Origin: Eledone cirrhosa
Taxonomy: Eukaryota
Assembly: GCA_964016885.1 (NCBI GenBank)
Contig: CAXHJY010000922.1
Location: forward strand, 1 to 57,977
Length of the DNA stretch: 57,977 nucleotides
Reading direction: 5' to 3'
Part shown: one piece after another, positions 28,194-42,263 of the stretch
How the letters are laid out: the number at the start of each line of letters is the position of its first letter
Numbering within the stretch: position 1 is the stretch's first letter
Translations under genes and position numbers: made by a program
The notes under the pieces: model-generated
The model's database searches: none
What the model was told of the DNA's origin: nothing
Seen by the model: the letters and a program-made list of their open reading frames with translations, nothing else

Positions 28194-30971
28194 GGTAGAT
28201 TATATCCTTACCAGAAGACGTGACAAAGTGACTGTCGTAAACACTAAATCCCTCCCCCATGAAGAATGCACTTCCCAACATAGACTGATAAGTAGCGACC
28301 TAATAGTCAGGACGAGACGTACTAGACAACAGAAGAGGACTATCCTCAAGAGAAAAATATGGAAGCTAAAGGACCCCACAGCCAAAAATAAATTCCAAAG
28401 CATATTACTTGATGCTTTCGACAGTGAGGAAGAGAAATTAGAGACGTACAAGGTAGAGGAACAGTGGGAATTCCTGAAAGCAAACCTGCTGACGGCGGCA
28501 GACGAAGTCTGTGGCTGGAGCAGGCCTGTAGGCAGGAGGAGAGTAACATGGTGGTGGAACAGTAAGGTGGAGGGGTCAATTAAGGCCAAAAAGCAGGCTT
28601 GGAAAGTATGGCGGGATGGGGGAAGCAGAGAAGACTATCAAGTGGCCAGGAGGGAAGCTAGGAGACAAGTGTACTTCGCAAGAAGGGAAGCAGAGGAAAG
28701 AAAGTTCAAGCATGTTCTACAACGCGATGACCAAAAACGTGAGGTGTTCAGGATTGCTAGGCAATGTGTCAAGGAAAACAGTGATATTGTCGGGGAGAAG
28801 TGTGTACTTAACGATGACAGCATACTTGCCATCACCGACGCCGATAAGAAGGTAGCTTGGAAGTGTCACTATGAAAGGCTACTAAATGAGGAGAATAAAT
28901 GGGAGAAAGACAGTCTCCCCCACATCGACCCAATAGAGGGACCAGCAGTGTTAGTCGAGGGTAGTATAATAAGTAAGGCAATCAAAGATATGAAGACAGG
29001 CAAGGCGGCTGGGCCTTCGGAAATAGTTGCCGAGATGCTGAAGGCATCTGGTATGGTGGGACACACCATGGTCACCCGGATAGTCAACCAAGTCATACAG
29101 AATGGGGTTGTTCCGAAGGACTGGCGCAGCAGCATTATCGTTAACTGTTATAAGGGTAAAGGAGATGCCCTAGATAGGAGTAACTATAGAGGCATTAAAT
29201 TAATCGACCAGGTCATGAAGGTCACGGAAAAAGTAATAGCGCAACTAATCAGAGAGCGAATTGATCTAGATGAAATGCAGTTCGGGTTCGTGTCAGGAAA
29301 AAGTACCACAGACGCTCTTTTCATTGTACGACAACTACAGGAGAAGTACCTAGCTAAAAGTAAACCCCTATACTTAGCTTTCGTCGACTTGGAGCAGGCC
29401 TTCGACAGAGTCCCCCGTTCCATTATCTGGTGGGCTCTTAGAAAACTAGGTGTTGATGAATGGCTTGTGAGAGCTATACAAGCCATGTATAAAGAAACAG
29501 TTAGCAAGGTTAGAATTAACAACGAATATAGTGAAGAGTTTAGTGTAAAAGTTGGTGTTCATCAGGGCTCTGTTCTTAGCCCCCTACTATTTATTATTGC
29601 CCTCCAGGCTATAACAGTGGAGTTCAAGACCGGCTGCCCATGGGAACTCCTATACGCAAATGATCTAATGCTCATAGCTGAATCAATGGCCGAGCTAGAG
29701 AAGAAATTCCAAACATGGAAGCACGGCCTAGAATCAAAAGGCCTTAAAATTAACCTAGCTAAGACTAAAGTTCTAGTTTGTAAGAAAGAAAATAAGGCGG
29801 CGGTCCCCTCCGGGAAGTGGCCATGTGCAGAGTGTAGGAAAGGCGTAGGTAGAAATTCCATTTTGTGTCCCAAATGCAAAGTTTGGGTGCATAAAAGATG
29901 TAGTGGGATCACAGGTAAGCTAACTAAGAACATAGATTTTACATGTGGCCGGTGTTCTGGGGATATAAGTAGCAGCAAGTGCCCACAAAATACTAGCTCT
30001 TTCAACTGCGCAGAGGGTTCTATAGAAATAGTGGACAGCTTCCGTTACCTGGGTGACAAAATCAGCAGTGGGGGAGGGTGCTCTGAAAGTACAGTAGCTA
30101 GAGTCAGAACTGGTTGGAAAAAGTTCAGAGAGCTTATACCACTATTAGCTGCTAAAGGGTTCTCCCTAAAAATGAAAGGCAGGCTGTACGATGCCTGCAT
30201 ACGAACAGCAATGTTGCATGGCAGTGAGACCTGGGCATTGTGTGCAGATGATATACGCAGACTAGAGAGAAACGAAGCTTGCATGCTCCGCTGGATGTGT
30301 AATAGTAATATACGTGAACGACAAAGCATAAACGAACTAAGGAAAAAATTAGAAATAAGAGGGATCAGATGTTGTTTACTAGAGAGAAGGCTACGTTGGT
30401 ATGGTCACGTGATGCGCATGAAGGATGATAGCTGTATAACAAAGTGCAGGGCAATAAAGATAGACGGTAGCCACGGAATAGGCAGACCCAGAAAAACTTG
30501 GGACGAGCTGATAAACACCGACCTCACACACTTACACCTCACCAAGACAATGTCACTGGACCGAGACCTTTGGCGGTACTCAGTAATAGAGAAGACCCGC
30601 CTTGCCAGTAGGTATCTCTAACAAAATACACCACGTCCCACCACCACAACCCCCACCCCATCCACACCACCCCGTTCTATGTAAAGTTATGTTGGTGCCG
30701 CGCCATCCAGGCCGAAACAAATGAGATCGTGTAGGTGTCACGACAAAAAAACACACAGTCCACGCTGTAATGTGGCCGTGTAGGCAACACGGTAAAAACC
30801 TCCCAGACCCACACTGTAAATGTGGTTGGTGTTAGGAAGGGCATCCAACTGTAGAAAACCTGCCAGACAGTCCTATGCGAGCAAGAAAATCACTCTTGCC
30901 TCAAGTGGGACTACCCCCGTCCAAACCCATGCAAGCATGGAACACGGACGTTAAACGTTGATGATGATGAT
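28194..30971 (+). mobile_element. RTE family A, 5'-truncated, young
   Basis: Open ORF to 30621, but the catalytic YADD reads YAND; 3'UTR and (GAT)n tail. Confidence 0.96.
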
Positions 30972-31475
<504 letters not shown>

Positions 31476-32345
31476 CATCATGTCTGCTAACCACGCTGAG
31501 TGTGTTGTTACACTGTGATTAAATTGGTTGAGGAAACATGTCTTGTTCAAATGTTCCATACTTAGGCATGATTTCTACAACTGAATAATGCCCTTCCTGA
31601 TGCCAGTCACTTTACAGTGAACCAGGTGCTTTAAGCATGGAACCAGCATTACTACTTTTCAGAGTGCACTTGGTATATTTTATTGTGGCACTAGCAGTCA
31701 ACTTGGAATTAGGTCATCAACTGCTTAAGATTATTATTCATAACTTTGTCCCATGTTTTTCTTGGTCTTCCTTTTCTACAGGTTCCATCCACTTCAAGCG
31801 CTTGGCATTTATTTTTTATATAACTCTCATTCTCCTTATGCATCACATGACTATCCCAGTATAAATGTCCCTCTTGCTCACTACATTCAATTCTTCTTAT
31901 ATTCAGTTTTTCTCTCAGCTCACTTGTGTTCTGTTCATCCTCACTAACATTATTCATCCAGCTGAGCAAGCATGTATGTCTTTATTTTTTTTTAGTCATT
32001 GCTAATCTTCTGTATTCAGGGTCCTTGCCTCACTGCCATGTAACATAGCAGTTCAAGAGAGAAGCCTTTTGTTGCCAGCAGAGATAACAGATTCTTGAAC
32101 TTCTACCTTGTTCTCATTCTGGCTACAACATATTTGCTAGATCCACCTCCACTGCTAATAGGATCACCTAAATAGCAAAAGCTATCTATTACTTCTAGTG
32201 AACCTTCTAAGCATAGGTGGTGGGTATTTCTTGAATATCCTGACTGTTGACTACTTGTGTTATACCTATCACATATGAAGTCTATCTTCTCTGTCAACTT
32301 ACCTGCAGTTCCACTATGTCTCCTGTGTCACCACTGTCTACACTT
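31476..32345 (-). mobile_element. Decayed RTE 3' fragment
   Basis: GRPRKTWD, DSFCYLGD.ISSGGG and the 3'UTR hairpin motif. Confidence 0.8.
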
Positions 32346-32470
32346 AGAGCATTGGGCTTGCAATCGAAAGGTTGTGAGTTCAATTCTCGGACTGGGTGAT
32401 GTGTTGTTTCCTTAAGCAAGACATTTTATTTCACATTGCTCCAGTTTACTCAGCTGTAGAAATGAGATGA
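32344..32470 (+). mobile_element. tRNA-derived SINE 5' part
   Basis: B-box-like gagttcaattc followed by ccttaagcaagacattttatttcacattgctccag; a reverse relative lies at ~33745-33860. Confidence 0.65.
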
Positions 32471-33273
32471 TAGGACTGGGGTCCCTATCATTAAATTACC
32501 CAAGACACCTCCGTGATATTCCTTGGAGGAGGCCAGCTAAACCTGCATAGGTGTGAGCTGTCACACACACACTTAGTACACTGTATGAAGTTTTCACCTA
32601 CTTCATTTTTACATATTGAGCACTCCTTGTTGCAGTCTTATCCTTTTTCTTTATTATTAAAACTTTAGTCTTGTGTGTTTGCATGTGCACCTTCCCCTTA
32701 CACACATACCCCCACCCACATTCATACATGCACACACTCATAAACACACACAGACATACACTCATATATATACATACATGTATGTGCTCACACACACACA
32801 CATTATTCATTGTTATTTAGCCCATAATCAGCCTTGATCAAGCAGTTTTCAGACATCATATCTGGAACTACATTGCCTAATGTGTCTATTTTTATAAGAC
32901 AGCAAATTGTAATTTGAGGGAAATTTGACTGCTATTGGTTTGGCAACTAAAATGTGCCTTTCTTCTATAGCTTGATGTACACTGCAAACATGACATCAAC
33001 ACAAAACTACACCAGCTAGCTGTGCTGGTGTCAGTATTACCTATACTGCTGTGATAGGACTGGACAAAACTTTTTGCATTAATATAAATTAAATTCTAAG
33101 ATGTATAAGCATATCACACATCTTTTCAAATTATCTTTTGTACTGGTGCACTGACTATTTTTCTTCTTTTAACTTTCATTGATTTTGTGGTAGAAAAGGT
33201 AGACATTGAGAAGTATAGTGAGCTTAAGTCTGCAAATGTTGGTTGTCACAGGATCGACTTTCAGGTTTGATTT

Positions 33274-33492
33274 TGATGCAGGATTAAAATAACGGGCAAT
33301 AGTTAGATGCAGGAAAAAAATGAAAGGCAATAATAAAATGCAGGATCAAAATGTCAGGCTTTAATTAGATGCAGGATCAAAATAGCTGGTAATAATTAAA
33401 TGCAGGATCAAAACAACAAGCAATAATTAGATGCAGGATCAAAACAACAAGCAATAATTAGATGCAGGATCAAAATGACAAGCAATAATTAG
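33274..33492. repeat. 31-bp minisatellite, ~7 copies
   Basis: gatgcaggatcaaaacaacaagcaataatta. Confidence 0.88.
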
Positions 33493-33558
33493 AAAATAAA
33501 TTTGCTACAAAATATGTCTACTGAAACTTTATAATATTTGTATATCATCTAATTTCAG

Positions 33559-33617
33559 GATGCTCCATTCCTTTATGGTCTTGGGACTGTGTACTTTCAT
33601 TTTGGGGCTTTCCATTG
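33559..33617 (+). CDS. KDM6A: KDM6A/UTX-like internal exon (59 nt)
   Basis: tttcag acceptor and gtaagt donor. Reads DAPFLYGLGTVYFHFGAFH(W) versus UTX [20 protein letters not shown]. Confidence 0.93.
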
Positions 33618-33744
33618 GTAAGTAGTTAACTTTATTCCAATGATCTTGACTTCTTAATTTTAAGTTAAAGTCTGTCTCAAACCTCATCAGATCAAAACTT
33701 AGTGTAGTTTTGTGAGATGTGAAATAACAGTTTACAAAACTCCT

Positions 33745-33860
33745 CCCTGGATGGGAAGCTGGTTCTTATTTTTTCAGTTGATCAACTGGAGTAACATGAC
33801 ATGAAGTTCCTTGCTCAAGGACAGTGTGTTACCCAGTTTGGGGATTGAACCCATAACTTA
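33745..33860 (-). mobile_element. SINE fragment
   Basis: ccttgctcaaggaca...gggattgaaccc, the reverse of a B-box and the ccttgagcaagg motif. Confidence 0.6.
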
Positions 33861-34390
33861 GCAAGACAATTATTTAACTTCTATGCTGTGTTTTCACATC
33901 CACTTCTCAGCTGTTTCTAAAAATTCAATGCAATGTATATTAACACATTTTTTTTATTGGAGATACATTAACATTTCTATAAGCTGTTTATGGAAATTTA
34001 TAATTTAAGATTTTTTTCCAATTAGAAATGATTTTAGAAATGTTTATTGTTTTAGTTTCAATAAATTTGCATAAATTTGTTAACTAATGCAATTATGAAA
34101 ATTCTTTTAGTTTTTGTACTTTAATTATATAGTTTGCAGATTCTATATTTAGGCTCTTTAAGACAAACTGTTTTGGATTCTCATATATTTTACATCTTAG
34201 TTATATCAATGTTAGTAGAGATAGGAGAAAAATATTTTAAATTGTTAACTGTGCTGTAATTCCACAACAATTATTATAAATCATGATATAAAAATGAATA
34301 TCTTTGAACATTGAAACTTTTAGAATCTATAGATCTATTTCTTAGCTATCAATCTTTCAAATGTTTATTTTTTCTTTCTATTGTCTTTTT

Positions 34391-34600
34391 TGTGTGACTA
34401 GAATGAGATATTACCAACATTTGTGTGACTAGAATGAGATATTATGTGACTAGAATGAGATATTACCAACATTTGTGTGACTAGAGATATTACCAACATT
34501 TGAGTGTGACTAGAATGAAATATTACCAATATGTCTGTTACTAGAATAAGATAAAATTACCAACTTGTGTGTGACTAAAAGCAGATGACATTTCCAACAT
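34391..34600. repeat. ~31-bp minisatellite
   Basis: tgtgtgactagaatgagatattaccaacatt, ~7 variable copies. Confidence 0.85.
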
Positions 34601-34702
34601 TCACATTTTTAAAACATTGATAGATGTCATTTCTCTTTCCGTAACTGAATTTTTTTCAGATTAGAATCTCTTCTAAACTTGTTTTAATGATTATTTTATT
34701 TT

Positions 34703-36325
34703 ATCATCATCATTGTTTTTACGTCCGTTTTTCCACACTTGTATGGGTTGAATGGGTCCTTCTCAGCACGGCATCTCTCTATATGTTGTGATTCTTCGTC
34801 ATCGCCCCTGAGTCTCAATGATTTGAGGTTAGCTCTCACAACCTTTGCCCAAGCCTTTCTTGGTCTACCTCTACCACAGCTTCCTTCCACTTGTATTTCC
34901 TAGCATTTCTTCACTGATCATTGTCCATGCGCATCACGTGTCCAAACCAACGCAGTCTTCTTTCTTGCACACCACCTTAGATTCCTCTTAAACCCAGCTT
35001 TTTCCTCAACTCGTCCAAGCCCTGCCTTTCTCTCACACATACATTGCACATTCAACGTAACATGGTTGCTTCATTTCTCCCCAGTCTATGCATGTCCTCT
35101 GCAATCACTGCCCATGTTTCACTACCATACAGTATCGCACTTCACACACAGGCATCATACAGTCATCTTTTTGTACATAGGCAAAAACCTTTTGTGGTCA
35201 ACAGTGGAAGTAGCTCTCTGAACTTTTTCCATCCTATCCTTATTGTAGCTATTATGCTCCTAGAGCACTCTTCTCCTTTGCTAATTACGTCGCCAAGAGA
35301 GCAGAAGCTATCAACCACTTCTAGGTGTCCTTCCTGTGACTGGAATAGGCTTACATCACTGGTTAACTTCCCCTTAGTTACCCCTGTGCATCTTCTACAA
35401 ACAGTCTTCCCTTCCTGTTAGTCCTCCCATTACCCCACTACATTTCTTGTGTACCCAAGTACATCGTATGGAGTTTATGCCTTCTCCCTTTCTACATATT
35501 GAGCTGGGCCACTTCCCTGAAGGAATCAGGGTCCTATCTTCTCTCCTACTCATTAATACTTAAGTTTTGGCCAAGTTTATTCTTAGGCTTTTCATAGTCG
35601 GAACTTATTTTCTAGATCTTTAATTGATTCTGTATGAGGACCAGATCATCTGCATAGAGAAGTTCCCATGGGTAGCTGATCTTAAACTCCTCTTTTATAG
35701 CCTGGAGAACTCATTTCTTACTCTCACTTTGCTGACAGCTCCTCTGTACATGGCTTGCACTGTTCTCACCAACCAATCTTCTATATCTAATTTATTTAAG
35801 GTCCACCAGATAATAAATTGGGGTGTTTTAATGCTTTTTCTAGGTCAACGAAAGCTAGGTATAGTGGCTTATTTTGGCTAAGAACTTCTCTTGTAGTTGC
35901 TTCACTAAAAAGAGGGCGTCTGTAGTACTTTTTCCAAGCATGAAACCAAACTGCATCTCATCTGATTTGACACTTTCTCTAATTAATTGTGCTATAACTC
36001 TTTCCATCACTTTCATTTGACTCTGCAGGTTACTAGTTTGACTCCGACTTCTGATGCTTTTAGGATTGCAGCAACTCTCTCTGATGGTCCTGCAGCTTTA
36101 CCATTTTTCATCTCTTTGATTACTTCTTAACCCTATAACTGTCAACTTCAATGGTTATCCCTTCTGCTGGGTGGGTTGGGGGTAGTTTTCTCTTCCTCCC
36201 ATTCATTCTCTACATTCATCAGTCTCTCATAGTAACATTTCCAGGTCTTTTCTTTTGAATATCAGGGGTGCTAAATACACCGGTCTTGTTTTTAGCATGC
36301 TTTTCCCCAACAACATCACAATTCA
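34703..36325 (-). mobile_element. Older RTE (family C), 3' half
   Basis: Degenerate RT/PHD/C-terminus with deletions; short 3'UTR and gatgatgat tail. Confidence 0.85.
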
Positions 36326-39300
36326 CATCATCATCATCATCACCGTTTTACGTCCGTTCTTCCACGCTAGCATGGGTTAGATGGGTTGTCCTGTTGTGGG
36401 CAGTGTCTGGTCGGCTGACCATGCCTTGCTCATACAGGAACTGATTTTGGCTTGATTTCTATAGCTGGATGCCTTTCCTAACACCAACCTCATTTACAGA
36501 GAGTGCTGGGTGCTTTTTTCCATGGCGCCTACACGTCCACTTTACAGTGTGGGCTGGGTGCTTTTTTGCCGTGGCACCTCCACGACCACTTTGCAGTGGG
36601 AGGGTGTGGGGGGCATATTGTCTATATGCTTCAGCTTGTACCCATGGGAGGTTGGGTACTCTGTATTACTGCGTAACGCCAGAGGTCCTGGTCGTGTGTC
36701 GCCTTTGAGAGATGTAATTGGGTAAGGTCGGCTTTTATCACCTCATCCCAGGTCTTCTTGGGTCTCCCCGCTCCGCGGTTTCCATTGACTTCTAGTGCTC
36801 TGCACCTTTTTATGCAGCTGTCATCCTTCATATGCATCACATGTCCATACCAATGCAACCGCCTCTCCTGCACACAGCATTTGATTCCTCTTATGCTCAG
36901 TCTCTCTCTCAATTCATTTATGCTTTGCCGTTCGCGTATATTACTGTTACACATCCATCGGAGCATGCAGGCTTCGTTTCTTTCTAATCTACGTAAGTCT
37001 TCCACCTTCAGCGCCCAGGTCTCACTACCATGCAACATTGCTGTTCGGATACACGTATCATACAGTTTGCCTTTCATTCTGAGGGAGAAGCCTTTTGCAG
37101 CTAGCAGTGGCAGTAGTTTCTTGAACTTCTTCCATCCCGTTCTTATCCTAGTTATTGTACTTTCTGAACACCCACCTCCGTTGCTAATTCGGTCACCTAG
37201 GTAGCAGAAGCTGTCTACTGTTTCTACAGAGCCCTCTCAGAGATTGGTGGTGCTTGTTTCCTGTGGCTGTTTGCTGCTTGCTGTCCCAGCACAGCTGCTA
37301 CATGTGAAGCCTACATTCTTAATTAAGCTTCCTGAGATCCTGCTACAGCTCTTGTGTACCCATTGTTTGCATTTGGGGCAGAGAATGGAGTTCCTACCTT
37401 CACCTTTCCTACATACTGAGCAAGGCCATTTCCCTGAGGGGATCTGGGTTCTGTTTTCTCATCTACTTACAAGGACCTTAGTCTTTGTCAGGTTGACTTT
37501 GAGACCCTTTCTTTCTAGTCCCTGCTTCCAAGTTTGGAATTTCTTCTCTAGTTCTATCATAGATTCAGCTATGAGTGCGAGGTCATCAGCATACAGGAGT
37601 TCCCATGGGCATCCGGTCTTAAACTCCTCCGTTATTGCCTGCAGGACTATGATGAACAGGAGAGGGTTAGGAACAGAGCCCTGGTGGACACCAACCTGTA
37701 CGCTAAATTCCTCGCTATACTCATTGCTAATCCTAACTTTGCTGACTGCTCCCCTATGCATGGCTTGTACAGCTTTCACAAGCCATTCATCTACTCCTAG
37801 TTTTCTAAGAGCCCACCAGATTATAGCACGTGGAACTCTGTCAAAGGCTTTCTCTAGATCGACGAATGCCAGGTAGAGTGGCTTACTTTTAGCTAGGTAC
37901 TTTTCCTGTAACTGCCTCACAAAGAAGAGGGCATCAGTGGAGCCTCTTCCTGGTACAAACCCAAATTGCATCTCATCTAGTTTCACCGGTCCCTAATCAA
38001 CTGCTATAACTCTTTCTGTTACTTTCATGATCTGGTCCATCAGCTTTATACCTCTATAGTTTCCTCTATCTAGTGCATCACCTTTACCTTTGTAGCAGTT
38101 GACAATGATGCTACTGCACCAATCTTTTGGTATGTCACCTTCTAGTATTACCTGGTTAACAATACATGTGGTTATAGTGTGACCTACAGATCCAGATGCC
38201 TTCAGCATCTCGGCAGCTATACCCGATGGACCGGTTGCCTTCCCCATCTTCATATCTTTGATTGCCTTACTTACTACGCTGCTGCTGACTTGTACTGCTG
38301 GCCCCTCTATAGGGTCTGCTTGGGGTAGGGTCTCTTCTTCCCATGCATTCTCCTCATTTAGTAATCTATCATAATGGCTCTTCCATGCATCTTTCTTCTC
38401 AGCACTTGTGAGGGCAAGCTCACCTTTATCATTCCGGATACAGTTCTCTCCAATGACATCACAATTCTCTCTGACACATTGCCTCATAATCTTGAACACC
38501 TCCTGTTTCTGGTCCTCACGTTGCAAAACATGCTTGAATTTTCTATCCTCTGCTTCCCTCTTAGCTAAGTATACTTGTCGCCTAGCTTCCCTCTTGGTCT
38601 CTATGTAATGTACCCTGCTTCCCCCGTTCTTCCATTCTTTCCATGCCTGTCTCTTGGTCTTAACTGCTTCATCTACCTTATTGTTCCACCACCAAGTCAC
38701 TCTCCTCCTGCTTGTGGTCTTACTCCAGCCACAGATCTCATCCGTCACCTCTAGTAAGTTATTTTTTAGGAACTCCCAGTGCTCTTCTACATTGAATGTC
38801 TATCTGTTCTTCTTTACTGTCGTAGGCGTTGAGTAAAATATCTTTAAATCTGTTACTGGCTGAGGGGTCTTTCAGCTTCCAGATCTTTCTTCTCCAGGTT
38901 GGCCTCTGTTTCCAGGTTCGTCTAGTTCTGACCGTGAGGTCGCTGACAAATAAGCTATGTTGGGAGGTACATTCCTCACTAGGGAAGGCTTTTGTGTTTA
39001 CGACCGTCCATCTGTCACGTCCTCTGATGAGGATAAAATCTATCTGACTAGAATGCTCCCCTGATCTATAGGTGATCAGGTGGTTGTCGGGTTTTTTGAA
39101 GTTTGTGTTATATATCGACATGTCATTGGTGTCACAGAATTCTAGACGTCTGAATCCTTCTTCATTTCTTGTGCCAACCCCATGGCCTCCATGGACTCTA
39201 TTGAAGCCGTCACAGTGTTTACCTACGTGTCCGTTAAAATCTCCTGCGATGATTTGGAAGTCATTGTCGTTTGTTAGAGCAGTAGTGTGCATTAGGGACT

Positions 39301-40255
39301 CGTAAAACCTATCCTTAAGTTCGTCTGGCAACCCCGATTGGGGTGCGTAAGCTGATATTATTGTGGTAATTGTTTTATTCAGGACTAGTCTGAGTTTAAT
39401 GATTCTTGCATTTACCCTGTACACTGAGAATACTTTATCTACCCACTTGTCAGCTAGTAGTATACCTACACCACCCATCCCATCGTCATTTCCCACCCAG
39501 AAAAATTTGTAGCACTGACTTTTTCCTCCAAGGACTCTAGCAGACTCTCCTCTCCAGCTAGTCTCTTGCACACAGCATACATCAATTTCTTTTCGTTCTA
39601 GCATCTCTACGATTTCTCCTGCTTGTCCTTTCATTGTGCTTACATTGATGGTACCAACTCAGAGTTTTGGGCATTTGTCAACATTCGTAGGGAAGGGTCG
39701 ATTTTTGCAGGGGTTTGTGTGTGTGCTTCCTGTCTCTGAATTGGAGCTTCACATGGGTGCTTGGTAGCTCGCGGATTCATATTCATTTTCATCTATTAAT
39801 TCAGAGTTGCTCCATTTATTCTCAGCTCATCCATACATAATGGTAGGAAAATTAAGGGCTAGAAGAACAGTGGTGGTGGTAATAATGGCAGGGTGTGTTG
39901 GGCTGGGTTGGGGGAGGAGAGAGTTAGGTAGTAGTAGAAATGGCAGGGTTTGTTGGGGTTGGTAGTGGGTGGGGGTGGGGGGCACGCTGAGGTTTGATTG
40001 GTCGAATAGGCTATGGTGGTGTGAGGGAATTGTGAGGTAGGTAGCCAAGTCACGGCCTGTAGCATCTGATGGCAAAGATAGACAGATAGGAGTAGATGAC
40101 TTTGATGAGAATGCGAACTGATAAATAAAACAACACTAATAATAGTGTAAGAGAGAGGAGGAGAGTAGGTGACTTCGTAGAGAAGCAGCATGGTAGAGAA
40201 AATGAGGGTAAACAAAAAAAAATGTGTTGTGGAAGCTAGCGAAGTGATAAATACA
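36326..40255 (-). mobile_element. RTE family B, near full length, disrupted
   Basis: Endonuclease (VGTINV, CCVQET, SAYAPQ, GDFNGHVG), RT, PHD, 3'UTR and (GAT)n; frameshifts near 38790 and 37990, and stops. The 5' boundary is approximate. Confidence 0.92.
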
Positions 40256-40259
40256 GCAA

Positions 40260-41380
40260 TAATTGTGAGCAGAACATTTGCAATTGGGATGTTGGCAAAC
40301 TTTCTTCAGCCTTTCTCCAAGCTGTGCATACTAGTTGCGTAGCTTCTCTCTTAGCCACCTGGTACCAGTCTCTGCTACCTCCATTTTTCCAGTCTTTCCA
40401 AGCCTGTCTCTTGGCTTTGATGGCTCTATCCACTGAGCTGTTCCACCACCAGGTCACCCTCTGTCTGGCTGGTGTTCTACTCCAGCCACATGATTTGCCA
40501 GTAGTTTGCAAAAGGTTGTCGTGTGAGAATTTCCAGCTGTCTTCTGTGTCACAGGTATCTAGCTCGTCACTTCTCTCATCAAATCCATCCTGTAGGGCTT
40601 TTCTAAACTGATATTTAACCAAGAGGTCCTTTAGCTTCCTGACCCTCTGTCTCCATATTTTCTTGCATGTCCTGTTCTGTTTCGTGCTTATTTTGATGTT
40701 ACTAATAACTAACTTGGGCTGAGTGGTGCATTCTACCCCAGGGAAGGCTTTAATATTTATTACAGTCTATTTGTCTTGTTGTCTAACAAGTAAGTAGTCA
40801 ATTTGGCCTTTGTGTTTGCCTGATTCAGATGAGGTCAAGTGGCTAGATGGTTTCCTGAAATTTGTGTTGCAAATGGTTAGTTCTTTTGTATCACATAATT
40901 CCAGGAGTCTCAATCACTCTTCATTTCTTGAGCCATAACCGTAGCCACTGTGAACTCCATGAATCCATCCTGTACTGCCCCACATGTCCATTGAAATCAC
41001 CTGCCAGTATGATGTTATCTTTATCGGTACCTGAAGTCATCTGTAAAAGTTCTTCATAGAATCTGACTTTTTGTTAAATACTCAGTCCTGCCCTTGGGGC
41101 ATAGGTAGATGTAATTGTTCCCATTCTATTTCCTACTGCTAATCTAAGCTTGATAATCCTCTTACTCTTAACTACTTCTATCATTTTATCTATCCATTTC
41201 TCAGCTAGTAAGATGCCTACTCCCACATCATCATTTCATATCCAATAAAACTTGTATTTATGCTGTCTGCTTGTCAATAGTGCCCCCCTCCCACCACCAC
41301 TACCACCTTCTCACCTCTTGTACACTGCAAATGTCCACTTCTTTCTTCTCTAGCAGTTCCAGAATTTCACCCGATTTACC
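40260..41380 (-). mobile_element. Older RTE (family C), 5' half
   Basis: Degenerate endonuclease and linker (CGWS...RVTWWWN); collinear with 34703-36325. Confidence 0.8.
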
Positions 41381-41619
41381 TTAGAAGTGTATTTTATTTA
41401 TATTTATCATTATTTTAATGTCTCAGAAAGGTTTCAAGCTACTATTGCTTGAAAATATTACATTTCAAATAGCAAAGATTATTTTCCACATCATTTATCA
41501 TAGAATCATTTGTATTTATTGACATTTGAGGGCTTCATTTACAAACAGGTATAATTTATTATCTAATATCTCAAATAGTTTGAGTTATTTCCCTTTAACA
41601 GCTTGACATTGTTGCCTTC

Positions 41620-42090
41620 AATCACGATAGGAATGCATGGTGCAGTAACGTGCCAACTTCAGCATTCGGCCACAGGAGAAAGGGAAGTAGGTGCAAAAGC
41701 TAAACTGGCTATCTTCAATTTGCTGTTTGTGCTTACTTATGGTCATGAATCTTCGGTAATAACTAAAAGAATACAATCGTGAATACAAGCAGCCGAAATG
41801 GGGTTCATCCAAAAGGTCCTTGGAGTAACAACAGGTAGAGCTGCTACTTCGCCAAATTGAGAGATCACAGCTCTGATACTACAGACATGTCAAAATGTCT
41901 CGCTGGACAGATTTTATGAGCAAAAATACCCAAAGGTAGACCATGTGCAAGATGGTTGGATAACATCCATGGGCTCAGTTGGTCAAGCTTGGTTATCAAT
42001 TGGAGAGGGTTGATTCTGATAGGACCCTCTGGAAGCTATGCTTGAAAACTCTGACCACACAATCCTCCCAGGAATATGTTAGTGAAAAAG
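41620..42090 (+). mobile_element. 3' fragment of the 19700-22450 RTE family
   Basis: Shares cttcagcattcgg, gccgaaatggggttc and agatggttggataacatccat with 21960-22440. Confidence 0.85.
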
Positions 42091-42263
42091 AAGTTGTAAT
42101 ATTATTTTATGTATCTTTTCGACTTTATGTAAAAACAAATGGCTTTTTTAGTGGTCGTATTTGTTGATATTTGTCCTGTCCAACCAGGTTCAAAGTTGTA
42201 TAATCTATCTGCTGCTGCCTTTGTAATTCTTCAGCAGTAAGTCGTCCACCATGTTTTTTTTTA

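Noticed and set aside
33665-33692. CUGAUGA plus hairpin on the minus strand
   Set aside because: No GAAA box or stem I.
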